64,000 bases of DNA from an uncultured Phycisphaeraceae bacterium (GTDB taxonomy: Bacteria > Planctomycetota > Phycisphaerae > Phycisphaerales > UBA1924), in assembly GCA_964531675.1 (NCBI GenBank), contig CAZHFW010000007.1:6754-70753 (forward strand), given 5' to 3'. A program made the position numbers and the translations under genes. Shown one piece after another: positions 9,385-17,869 of the stretch. Under the pieces are notes generated by a model, which was not told where the DNA came from, did not search any database, and worked only from the letters and a program-made list of their open reading frames with translations. Position 1 is the first letter of the stretch, and every line of letters starts with the position of its first letter.

Positions 9385-11709
9385 TCAGGCGCGGCGGCGC
9401 CGGCTTGCGAGCCCGACCAGGGCGAGCAGCGTGAAGCTGCCTGCTGGGGCGGGGACGGTGAACGCCAGACCGAAGTCGAAGTCGCGCTTGAAGAAGAGTG
9501 CATCGAGGATGAACTCGCTGCGGACCTGGAGGTAGTAGCGTCCCGGGTTGTCGAGCATGAGGTTCATGAGGCGCACCGTGCCGCCGGCGTCGGCGGTGAA
9601 CGCGATGAGCTGGTCCGCGTTGGGGTTGGCGGGCTCCCAGCCCGGGAGGTTGCCATCGTCGGTGCCTTCTTCGTAGAGATAGAGGTTGAGCACCGGGGTC
9701 TGCTCGAGGTAGGAGGCGTTGACGACGCGGAGCTGGGTGTGCCAGCAGAGGGTGGATGTGAAGGCGATGCCGCCCGGGAGTTCGCCGAGCAGGTAGTCGA
9801 CGGTGGCCCACCCGTTCTCCTGGGCGACGGGCGCGTTGATGTGCTGGAGATCCCAGTAGCGATCGCGGGCGAGCTTGCCGTCGTTGGTGGCCAGGTCGAT
9901 GGTCATGTTGCGACCGGTCGCGTCGTCGGCGGCGCGGGCTTCGGGGGTCGCGAAGGTGTACATGGTGCGTTCGAGGTCCAGAGCCCCCGCGCCGAGCTCG
10001 GTGTTCAGGGAGCGCCAGACGCGGGTGGTTTCCTTGCCGTCGACTTCCACCTTGTCGGTGTACTGGGTCCACGCGGAGCCGTCGGACTGCTTCACGCTGC
10101 GGTTTGCGGAGTTGAGCAGGACCGCCTTGAGGACGCGGCTGTCGCTGGCGCGGGCGTCGTGGGTCTGGTTGGCGCGGGCGGCGTATTCCTGCATGAGCGC
10201 GACGGAGCCAGCGACCATCGGAGCGGCGAAGGAGGTCCCGTTGACCGCGCCGGAGGACGGGTTGCCCCCGACGCTGTCGAAGTCGCTGCCGAGGAAGTGG
10301 CGGCGGTACTCGTTCACGCCGCCGACGCCGTCGGTGTCGCGGGCGCTCATCGAGAGGATTTCTTCACCCGGCGCCACGATGTCGGGCTTCTGGGTTTCGG
10401 CGAGGCTGAACGACGAGAACGAAGCGCGGGCGGTTCCGGTGCGGTTGAGTGCGCCGACGGAGATGCCGTTGAGCGAACCGCCTTCGTTGCTGACGGTGGA
10501 CGCGCCTTGGGCGTCGGGTACGCCGTCGTTGCCGGCGGCCACGACGAAGCTGACCCGCGGATTGTCGGAGAGCTTCTCGTCGATGCGTCTGCGGTTGAAC
10601 CAGGGATCGGGCGCAGCTCCGAGCTCCGTTCCCGCGGACATGTTGATGACAGTGGCGCCCGCGTTGATCACGTCCGAGAGCATGTCCCGCAGCGAGGCGT
10701 AGCTCGAGGTCGCAGCGGAGACGACGGTGGACTTGGGCGCAAAGCCCTGCTTTTCGAGGTCGGCGTTGGCGCCGGCGAGGATTCCCGCAACAGCGGTCGC
10801 GTGCTCATCGGCCATCTGTCCCGCGACGTTGCCGTTGACGGTTCCCACGCGGCCTTCCAGATCCTTGTGGATCAGGTCGCCGGTGTATGGGTTGCCCGGC
10901 TCGATCATGCCGATGCGGATGCCGCTGCCCGTGAGGCCGTAGCGCCGTGCTGCGTCGAGCTTGGTCGCGGCGCGGGGGTTGAAGTTGTTGTCGGGCGTGG
11001 TGAAGGATGCCGAGGCGGTCATGCCCGCGCGGGAGCCTCCGAACGTGCGCGAGTCGGAGACCGCGGTGGTGTCCAGGCCCGAGCCCGCGACCGAGTCGGC
11101 GGTGGAGTAAACCTCGGCGCGGAGGAAGTACCGGCGGTCGCTGGCAGCGAGCGTCTTGGTGGCGACGTTGAACTTGTCGGAGACGGACTTGTTCGTGCCA
11201 TCGCCGAAGATCTCGACGTTGGCGTCAAAGTTCGCCAGTTCCCAGTCGCCTGCGCCGGCGGTCTTCTCCTGGTAGAGGACCATCGCGGCGGATGCGCTGG
11301 CCTTGTTGGTGTTGCCCGCGCCGCCGAAGCGGAGTTCGGCGGTGAAGATGTTGGAGAGGTTCAGGTTGGCGTTGTCGAGCAGTTTGAAGACGCGGTCGTA
11401 GCGGACCGAGTACACCGCCTTGTCGGCGGGCGCCTGGTTGTCCTGGCGGATGCCTCCCGAGATCCCGGCGCGGGCGACGCCGTATTTACTCGGGAGCAGC
11501 GACTTGAAGTTCGTGGGCGCGGTGGCCGCAGCGGTGCCCGCCTGGGTATAGAGGTAGTAGGGGGCGGGCGCTCCCGGGCCGGCGACTTCGACCCAGCCAG
11601 TATCGCCCACAACGCGCGGGGACTGGGCGTGTGCTGCAGCAGCGGAAGCAATGACCAGGCCGAGGCAGGCCATGGGACGTCCAGCCCGAACGCGCGTGCT
11701 CTTTGACAT
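9385..11709 (-). CDS. S8-family peptidase homologue with a PEP-CTERM sorting tail
   Basis: Signal peptide present. Motifs HATAVAGILAG (His), VVAAGNDG (Asn) and NGTSFAAPMVAGSVALMQ (Ser). The Asp motif reads IGMIEPG, with Glu (codon 10900-10902) in place of Asp. The C-terminus VPAPAGSFTLLALVGLASRRRRA is a PEP-CTERM-type anchor. Confidence 0.85.
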   Translation of the reverse strand: MSKSTRVRAGRPMACLGLVIASAAAAHAQSPRVVGDTGWVEVAGPGAPAPYYLYTQAGTAAATAPTNFKSLLPSKYGVARAGISGGIRQDNQAPADKAVYSVRYDRVFKLLDNANLNLSNIFTAELRFGGAGNTNKASASAAMVLYQEKTAGAGDWELANFDANVEIFGDGTNKSVSDKFNVATKTLAASDRRYFLRAEVYSTADSVAGSGLDTTAVSDSRTFGGSRAGMTASASFTTPDNNFNPRAATKLDAARRYGLTGSGIRIGMIEPGNPYTGDLIHKDLEGRVGTVNGNVAGQMADEHATAVAGILAGANADLEKQGFAPKSTVVSAATSSYASLRDMLSDVINAGATVINMSAGTELGAAPDPWFNRRRIDEKLSDNPRVSFVVAAGNDGVPDAQGASTVSNEGGSLNGISVGALNRTGTARASFSSFSLAETQKPDIVAPGEEILSMSARDTDGVGGVNEYRRHFLGSDFDSVGGNPSSGAVNGTSFAAPMVAGSVALMQEYAARANQTHDARASDSRVLKAVLLNSANRSVKQSDGSAWTQYTDKVEVDGKETTRVWRSLNTELGAGALDLERTMYTFATPEARAADDATGRNMTIDLATNDGKLARDRYWDLQHINAPVAQENGWATVDYLLGELPGGIAFTSTLCWHTQLRVVNASYLEQTPVLNLYLYEEGTDDGNLPGWEPANPNADQLIAFTADAGGTVRLMNLMLDNPGRYYLQVRSEFILDALFFKRDFDFGLAFTVPAPAGSFTLLALVGLASRRRRA

Positions 11710-11860
11710 TGCTCCCCCTGACGGGCCTTGAGCCCAGTGTTGTCTCCTCGGACCCGGCGGAAAGGGTCCCAGAAGCAGAGGCTACCAGGGGTTTCTTCTG
11801 GGCGTCAAGCCTTTTGCGGGCCAAGGTTTACAGAAGGGCTCAGAAATACCCATCAACAAC

Positions 11861-11899
11861 GTCAATCATCTTGACGAACTCTGTGTCAACGGCTATCGT
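11861..11899 (+). promoter_or_regulatory. Putative MarR operator overlapping a sigma70-like promoter
   Basis: Two interlocked palindromes: GTCAA-N5-TTGAC (11861-11875) and TTGAC-N9-GTCAA (11871-11889). A TTGACG -35 (11871-11876) is followed after 17 nt by TATCGT (11894-11899), only about 10 nt before the marR ATG at 11910. Confidence 0.4.
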
Positions 11900-11909
11900 A
11901 ATCACGATC

Positions 11910-12662
11910 ATGTCTTCCACGCCCCGCAAACCTCGCTGGTATCCCGCCCTAGGCGGTTCCCAGCCCGCACCGGAAGCTCCGGCAGCCGGGGAGAGTCAGG
12001 GCGAGACCCTGGCCGCACCGGTCTCGGCCCCGTCCGCAGCGGGGGCAACTCCCGCAGCTTTGGCGGCCTCGGCCGATTCCGGTTGGACGGGCGCCCCGGC
12101 TTCGGGCCCCGACGCCGATCTGCCGGCGGATGATCGCAGCGGGCTGGCCCGGGAGATTGGCAAGCTCCGTCCGTTCGATCTCCCGGAGCAGGAGACCTAT
12201 CTGAACATCCTGCGCACGGCGGCGATCTTCGGCGCGGACTTCAACCACCTCTTCAAGCAGCACGGCCTGACCGAGGCCACGTACAACGCGCTCCGCATTC
12301 TCCGCGGCGGGATGGATGACCCGGCTGCGCCGTACGGACGGACCTGCTCGCAGGTGGGCGAACACATGATCGCGCAGGTGCCGGACGTCACGCGGCTGGT
12401 GGATCGGCTCGAGCAGCAGGGACTCGCGGAGCGGCGTCGTTGTGCGCGGGATCGCCGCGTCGTGTATGTCGCGATCACGCCCAAGGGTCTGGACGTGCTG
12501 GCGGGGCTCGACGAGCCTGTCCTGGCGCTGCACCGGGCGCATCTCGGGCACATGTCCGCGGATGAGCTGGAGACACTGAGCCGTCTGCTCACCAAGTCCA
12601 GACTTTCCAAGCGTTCTGACAAGCCTGGCGACGACACAGCAGAGACCGGGCTGTCGATCTGA
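11910..12662 (+). CDS. MarR-family transcriptional regulator with a long Ala/Pro-rich N-terminal extension
   Basis: Winged-helix region: LTEATYNALRILRGG...CSQVGEHMIAQVPDVTRLVDRLEQQGLAERRRCARDRRVVYVAITPKG. The ATG at 11910 was chosen over the tracked start at 11703. Confidence 0.8.
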   Translation: MSSTPRKPRWYPALGGSQPAPEAPAAGESQGETLAAPVSAPSAAGATPAALAASADSGWTGAPASGPDADLPADDRSGLAREIGKLRPFDLPEQETYLNILRTAAIFGADFNHLFKQHGLTEATYNALRILRGGMDDPAAPYGRTCSQVGEHMIAQVPDVTRLVDRLEQQGLAERRRCARDRRVVYVAITPKGLDVLAGLDEPVLALHRAHLGHMSADELETLSRLLTKSRLSKRSDKPGDDTAETGLSI

Positions 12663-12711
12663 AGCGAACTTTCGGGCGCTCCTTTTCGGGGGCGCTGATG
12701 AGGAGCATGTC

Positions 12712-13305
12712 ATGGCCTCGATCACGGTCGTGTATCACAGCGGATTCGGTCACACCAAGGTGCTCGCGGAAGCGGTGGCGCGTGGAGCGCAGTCGGTCGC
12801 GGGCGCGAGCGTGAACATCGTGCGGGTGGAAGACCTTCCCCCTCCGGGCGCGGACCGCAAGCTCGGGCCGGCGTGGGATGTGCTGCACAAGTCCGACGCG
12901 ATCGTCTTCGGCACGCCGACCTACATGGGAACCGTGAGCGCCGAGTTCAAGAAGTTCATGGAGAGCTCGTCGGTCGCGTGGTTCGGTCAGCTCTGGAAGG
13001 ACAAGATCGCGGGCGGCTTCACCAACTCGGGGAGTCCGTCGGGCGACAAGCTCAACGCGCTCCAGACGCTGAGCGTGTTTGCGGCCCAGCAGTCGATGGT
13101 GTGGGTCTCGACGGGCATGATGCCGACGTACACCGGCCCTGATGATCCCGCGTCGACGAATCGGCTTGGTTCGTACCTGGGGCCCACCGCGCAGTCGTCC
13201 AACGCCAGCCCTGACGTGACGCCTCCGATCGCGGATCGCCTGACCGCCGAGGCGTACGGCAAGCGCATCGCGGAGGCGGCGCTCCGCTGGACGCGCGGCA
13301 AGTAG
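12712..13305 (+). CDS. Flavodoxin-like NAD(P)H:quinone oxidoreductase (WrbA-type)
   Basis: The N-terminus ITVVYHSGFGHTKVLAEAV and the segment AIVFGTPTYMGTVSAEFKKFMESS are typical of the flavodoxin-like FMN reductase fold. Confidence 0.8.
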   Translation: MASITVVYHSGFGHTKVLAEAVARGAQSVAGASVNIVRVEDLPPPGADRKLGPAWDVLHKSDAIVFGTPTYMGTVSAEFKKFMESSSVAWFGQLWKDKIAGGFTNSGSPSGDKLNALQTLSVFAAQQSMVWVSTGMMPTYTGPDDPASTNRLGSYLGPTAQSSNASPDVTPPIADRLTAEAYGKRIAEAALRWTRGK

Positions 13306-13582
13306 TTCATTCCCGGTCCGGGGCCGGGCGGTGTTCGCCCGGCTCCGATTTCCGCGTCGGCGCGGGGCCCGAAAGGGTCCGGCCCGACGCCAAGGTTCTC
13401 TCCTCGAGAACCCGCCCGCTGTGTCTTGAATGACGCGCAGCGGGCGGGATTCGGATGCGGGCGAGCGTCGCCCCTGTCCGGCGCTCCGGTTCAAGATTGA
13501 ACCGTGCGGCGTTGAAGGCGTATGTCCTGCACCGGCGATCCAGACACCACACGCCGGGGCCATTTGCATCAGGAGTCCAGGA

Positions 13583-14203
13583 ATGAAAGCTTCGCGTTTT
13601 GCTGGTCTGATTCTTCTCTCGGGCGTCGCGGGCATCAGCGCGATCGCGGCCGGTCGTCCCGAAGCGGCGGTCATCGCCTCCCCGGCGCGGGCCGAGGGCG
13701 CGTACGCCGTTGACGCGGTCCACTCGTCCGTCATCTACCGCATCAAGCACCTGAACGTGTCCTACAGCTACGGGCGCTTCAACGACGTTGCGGGCTCGTT
13801 CCACTTCGACGCGGCCAAGCCCGAGGCCAGCACGCTTGACATCACCGTCAAGACCGAGTCCATCGACAGCGCCAACGAGAAGCGCGATGGCCACCTCAAG
13901 AGCCAGGACTTCTTCTCCGCCAAGGAGTTCCCCACGATCACCTTCAAGGGCAAGACCTTCAAGAAGGTCAGCGACACGTCCTTCGAGGTCACCGGTGATC
14001 TGACGCTGCACGGCCAGACCAAGCCTGTGACCGCCAAGGTCGATCTCACCGGCACGGGCCCGGGCATGCGCGGCGGCGAGGTCGCGGGCATCGAGTCCAA
14101 GTTCACGATCAAGCGCTCCGACTTCGGCATCAACTACATGGTCGGCAAGGGCCTGGGTGATGAGGTCGATCTCATCGTCGCCCTCGAAGGCGGCCGTCAG
14201 TAA
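13583..14203 (+). CDS. YceI-family periplasmic polyisoprenoid/quinone-binding protein
   Basis: YAVDAVHSSVIYRIKHLNVSYSYGRFNDVAGSF...KRDGHLKSQDFFSAKEFPTITFK...TGDLTLHGQTKPV is the YceI signature. The ATG at 13583 is preceded by AGGAG (13571-13575) and followed by a signal peptide. Confidence 0.85.
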   Translation: MKASRFAGLILLSGVAGISAIAAGRPEAAVIASPARAEGAYAVDAVHSSVIYRIKHLNVSYSYGRFNDVAGSFHFDAAKPEASTLDITVKTESIDSANEKRDGHLKSQDFFSAKEFPTITFKGKTFKKVSDTSFEVTGDLTLHGQTKPVTAKVDLTGTGPGMRGGEVAGIESKFTIKRSDFGINYMVGKGLGDEVDLIVALEGGRQ

Positions 14204-14285
14204 TGCACTCCTGGTCTGCTGCCTGACGGCGGCGGACCGGATTCGCCGGCCCGCGTCGCGTGCGTGAGGCCCGGAGCCTTTCCTC

Positions 14286-15188
14286 ATGGACATCGAACTG
14301 GTCAAACAGCTGGCGCTGGGTGTTGTGCCGCCGGGCATTTTCGCGCTGGTGCTCTTTGGTGTGCTCTGGCGTCGGGGCGGCTCCGATGAGTCGGGTCGTA
14401 TCGGACGCGCCGGCTCGCTTGCGATCGGCTTCGGGTTCGTGGCGCTCTCGGCGCTGATCTTCAGTGGTGTGCAGCTTCCCCCCGCGTCGGCGGACCGGTG
14501 GATCGCGCCGATGGCGGCGGTCTTCGGCATCATCGGCGCGGTGGTGTCTGGTGCGGGCGGCCGGGCTGCGGCGCGGGCGATGCTTGTGCCGACTCTGGCG
14601 CTGGTCGCGATCGTCTCGGCGCCTTGGCTTGGCGATGCAAGGCTTGCGGAGGCGAAGTCGGGCCAGAGCGCTCTGCACAGTCTGCTGGCGATCGGCGGAT
14701 TCGTGATGCTGGCGATGCTCACGCTCCGAGCGGTGCGCACCCTTCACGAGAAGCACTCGGGGAGCATGCCCATCGCGATCACCGCGGCCTGGCTTGGCGC
14801 CGCCAGCCAGATCATGGTCATGGCGTTTGATGCGCTGAAGATGGGGCAAGCGATCGGCGTGTTCGCAGCAATCCTGGGCGGAGCGATGCTGATCGCCTTC
14901 AAGCGCAGCCGCGCAAGTCTGCGCTGGATGCTTGAGGCGCCGGTCTTGACCAGTGCTGCCGCGTTCTTCCAGGGTTACGTGCGTGGCGATTCGGTCGAGA
15001 GGCCGTGGGTCTACCTGGTCGCGGTTCTGGCGGCTCCCTGGCTCGTGCTGCTGGCCGATCTGGGACCGATGGGCAGGCTCAAGGGCTGGAAGGCCTGGGC
15101 GATCCGGCTGGCGCTGATCGGGGTGCCGCTCGGAGGGGCCCTGGCGATGGCCAAGGCGGCCAACGACGCGGCGATGCACGGGTACTAG
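14286..15188 (+). CDS. Polytopic inner-membrane protein, function unknown
   Basis: The 300-aa translation has about 8 hydrophobic segments. I recognise no family. Confidence 0.5.
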   Translation: MDIELVKQLALGVVPPGIFALVLFGVLWRRGGSDESGRIGRAGSLAIGFGFVALSALIFSGVQLPPASADRWIAPMAAVFGIIGAVVSGAGGRAAARAMLVPTLALVAIVSAPWLGDARLAEAKSGQSALHSLLAIGGFVMLAMLTLRAVRTLHEKHSGSMPIAITAAWLGAASQIMVMAFDALKMGQAIGVFAAILGGAMLIAFKRSRASLRWMLEAPVLTSAAAFFQGYVRGDSVERPWVYLVAVLAAPWLVLLADLGPMGRLKGWKAWAIRLALIGVPLGGALAMAKAANDAAMHGY

Positions 15189-15225
15189 GCAGCACGCGGG
15201 TCGATCTGCGGGGTAACAATGCGCT

Positions 15226-16167
15226 GTGAAGAAGCGGCCGACGCTCTCGAGGCTGGCGCGGATGACCCGTTCGGGGATCATCCGTTATCCGCGCGAGTTG
15301 CGGGCGTCGCTGCGCCGGGGCGAGGGGCTGGCGCACGCGCTCACGCTTGAGCAATCCGAAGCGGTGGTTGACGAAGCGTCGCGCGCCGATCTGGCCGCGG
15401 TCTGGATCGGGCACGCGACGGTGCTCCTCAGGCTTGGGCAACGCTGGATCCTGACGGATCCGGTCTTCTCCGAGCGGGTGGGTGTGCAGCTTGCGGGTTA
15501 TACGTTTGGGCTCGGCAGGCTGATGCCTCCCGCGATCGCGCCGGAGGTGCTTCCGGCGCTGGATCTGGTGCTGGTTTCGCACGCACACTTTGATCATCTG
15601 GATGCTCCGACGCTCCGGAAGCTGGCGCGGAGGTCGACCGCGGTGGTGACCGCGGCGCGGACCAGGCGACTGGTGCCGCACGGCTTTGGCGAGGTGCATG
15701 AGCTTGATTGGGACCGCGACCTGGAGGTGGCGGGCCTGCGCGTCCGTGCGATGAGGCCCGAGCACTGGGGTGCGCGGGCCGCGTTCGATCGGGCCCGCGG
15801 GTACAACAGCTATGTCGTGGAGGGTGCGCAGCGGCGTGTCTTGTTCGCGGGCGACACCGCGGACACGCGCGCGTTCGGCGCGGTCGGGCCGCTTGATCTG
15901 GCGATCTTCGGGATTGGCGGATACGAGCCTTGGGAGCACGCGCACGCGACGCCCGAGCAGGTCTGGCGCATGGCTTCCGAGGCGGGCGCGGAGCATCTGC
16001 TCCCGGTGCACCATTCGACGTTTCCACAGAGCGATGAGCCCGCGGGCGAGCCGATGCAGAGGCTGCTGCGGGCCGCGGGAGCGCCCGAGTCGCGCGAAGG
16101 CGGGCTGCGCGTGATCCCTGCGGGGCCCGGCGAGTTGTGGATTGCGCCGAAGCGTCAGCCCGGGTGA
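15226..16167 (+). CDS. MBL-fold metallo-hydrolase (NAPE-PLD/beta-lactamase-like)
   Basis: The motif LVLVSHAHFDHLD (HxHxDH) and downstream His/Asp ligands are present. GTG start at 15226; an ATG at 15262 is an alternative. Confidence 0.8.
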   Translation: MKKRPTLSRLARMTRSGIIRYPRELRASLRRGEGLAHALTLEQSEAVVDEASRADLAAVWIGHATVLLRLGQRWILTDPVFSERVGVQLAGYTFGLGRLMPPAIAPEVLPALDLVLVSHAHFDHLDAPTLRKLARRSTAVVTAARTRRLVPHGFGEVHELDWDRDLEVAGLRVRAMRPEHWGARAAFDRARGYNSYVVEGAQRRVLFAGDTADTRAFGAVGPLDLAIFGIGGYEPWEHAHATPEQVWRMASEAGAEHLLPVHHSTFPQSDEPAGEPMQRLLRAAGAPESREGGLRVIPAGPGELWIAPKRQPG

Positions 16168-17795
16168 TTGAACTGGACGCAGGCAACGGTGGCGTCGTCT
16201 TCGAGCGTGCCATCGCCGCTGTGCTTGACGACCGCTTCGAGGATGTGGTGGGCCTGCTCGGAAGGTGAGCGGTGGTACGCGAGCAGGGGATGGAGTCCGG
16301 AGAGGCCGAACATCTCGCCGCGCAGGCTCTTCTGCTCGATGACGCCGTCGGTGTAGAGGATGATGCGATCGCCCGGATTCAGGCGGACCTTGGTCGCCTC
16401 GAAGGTGGCGTCGGCGCTGATGCCGAGCGGGATCGAGCCCGGGCCGGTGTGGCTGATGGGCGTGCGGCCGTCGGAGGGAAGATGGATCCAGTGTCCGTGG
16501 CCCGCGTCGGTGAACTCGAGCGTGCCATCGGCGCTGAAGACGCCGAGCCAGAGGGAGACGAACTTGCCCGCCAGAGGCTTCCCAGCGAGATACGCGTTGG
16601 ATGCGGCCAGCGCCAGGGCGGGATCGCGGAGCGTGCGTAGTTGGGCGTTCAGATATGACTGGGTGGAGGCCATGAGCATGGCCGAGCCCGCGCCATGGCC
16701 CGCGACATCGCCGATGACGATGGCGGTGCGGCGGTCGTCGAGGGGGACGACATCGAAGAGATCGCCGGCGACGTACGCGCCGGCGTGCATGCGCATGCCG
16801 TAGGTCAGGAACTCGCGGGTCGCGTCGGGCTCGGGAAGGATGAAGAGCTGGGCCTCGCGCGCGGCGGAGAGTTCGGCGGTGAGGGCGTCCTGGCGGCGTT
16901 CAAGCTCGGCCCGCGAGATATTGGCCAGTGCCAGACCGATCGCGACCGCCATGGCGTCGCAGAACCCGGCGCCCTCGGGGTCCACCGCGGACTCGGAGTC
17001 GCGGGCGTCGAGGTAGAGGTAGGCCGCGACCGCGTCACCGACGCGGATGGGCGCACAGAGCGCCGAGTGGATGTTCAGGCCCGCGAGCGACTGACTCGTG
17101 ACGCGCTTGTGCGACGGAGAGAGCACCGCGGTCTGTCCGGTGGCCGCGGCGAGGATGAGCGAGCGGCTGAAGGAGAACGCGCTCTGGTCCGACGCGTCGG
17201 CGCGGGCGGAGGCGAGGATCTCCACCTCCATGTCCTGCGTCCGGCGGAGGATCGCGGCGCGGGCGTAGCCGCTTCCCGCCAGCGCGGTGCGCAGCGAGAT
17301 CTGCGCCGCTTCTTCAACCGTCCGGGCGGCATCGAGTCTGGCGATCGCCTCGGTGAGTGCGCGGAGCCGGCGTCCCGCGTGGGGAGAAACAGCGCTGAGG
17401 GCCTGGACCTCAAAGCTCGTGGGCTCGTCCTGCAGCTGCGCGGTGCTCGGATGTGCGGGCGAGCGGTCGGTTGTCACGATCACGCGGAGCGTGAAGGGTC
17501 CGATCTGGATGAGGTCGCCGGGTTCGACCGGGGTGAGCTTGGAGGGGGGCAGGCGGAGGCTGTTGAGGAACGTGCCGTGGGTCGAGCCCAGGTCGGAGAG
17601 CATGGCCCGTCCGCCGCGAACCGTGACGGTTGCGTGCTTGCGGGAGACGGTCTCGGCCAGGAGCACGATGTCGGAGTCGGCTGCACGCCCGAGCGAGAGA
17701 GGCTTGTCGGCGCGCAGCGCGAAGGGGCCCTTGGTGAGGTCCCCGACCAGTTCCAGCGCAAGCTCGGCAGCGGCTCCCCCGCTCGTCGTTGACAC
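16155..17795 (-). CDS. FHA - GAF - PP2C/SpoIIE-type serine/threonine phosphatase fusion
   Basis: N-terminal FHA (LSLGRAADSDIVLLAETVSRKHATV...LSDLGSTHGTFLN). Central GAF-like region. C-terminal SpoIIE/PP2C motifs (GDLFDVV...IVIGDVAGHGAGSAML...ILYTDGVIE). GTG start. The 3' end overlaps the convergent MBL gene by 13 nt. Confidence 0.85.
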   Translation of the reverse strand: MSTTSGGAAAELALELVGDLTKGPFALRADKPLSLGRAADSDIVLLAETVSRKHATVTVRGGRAMLSDLGSTHGTFLNSLRLPPSKLTPVEPGDLIQIGPFTLRVIVTTDRSPAHPSTAQLQDEPTSFEVQALSAVSPHAGRRLRALTEAIARLDAARTVEEAAQISLRTALAGSGYARAAILRRTQDMEVEILASARADASDQSAFSFSRSLILAAATGQTAVLSPSHKRVTSQSLAGLNIHSALCAPIRVGDAVAAYLYLDARDSESAVDPEGAGFCDAMAVAIGLALANISRAELERRQDALTAELSAAREAQLFILPEPDATREFLTYGMRMHAGAYVAGDLFDVVPLDDRRTAIVIGDVAGHGAGSAMLMASTQSYLNAQLRTLRDPALALAASNAYLAGKPLAGKFVSLWLGVFSADGTLEFTDAGHGHWIHLPSDGRTPISHTGPGSIPLGISADATFEATKVRLNPGDRIILYTDGVIEQKSLRGEMFGLSGLHPLLAYHRSPSEQAHHILEAVVKHSGDGTLEDDATVACVQFNHPG

Positions 17796-17810
17796 GCTCG
17801 GATCGTAGAA

Positions 17811-17840
17811 GAACCGGCGCGGGAATGCACGCGCCGGTTC
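17811..17840 (-). terminator. Perfect 11-bp hairpin downstream of the efflux operon (candidate terminator or attenuator)
   Basis: GAACCGGCGCG (17811-17821) and CGCGCCGGTTC (17830-17840) flank an 8-nt loop. On the minus strand it is followed only by a weak UUCU tract. It sits 16 nt upstream of the next gene's GTG start. Confidence 0.4.
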
Positions 17841-17869
17841 TGGTCGGACTCCGAATTGTCGAGCCCAGA

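Noticed and set aside
8216-10072. Over-extended tracked ORFs whose 5' parts run into neighbouring genes: 8216..10072, 19482..21323, 22594..24207, 24534..25871, 25700..27013, 28432..29598, 38598..40619, 11703..12662 and 13430..14203.
   Set aside because: The N-terminal extensions are Arg/Pro-rich and overlap other real genes in different frames. Internal starts give signal peptides, paralogue-colinear N-termini or good Shine-Dalgarno spacing, so I trimmed them to those starts.
13321-13345. A GC-rich hairpin (GCCGGGCG-gtgtt-CGCCCGGC) after the quinone reductase gene, as a possible intrinsic terminator.
   Set aside because: The stem is good but no U-tract follows (CCGATTTCC only). It may be an attenuator or RNA-stability element, so I mention it only within the MarR-operon finding.
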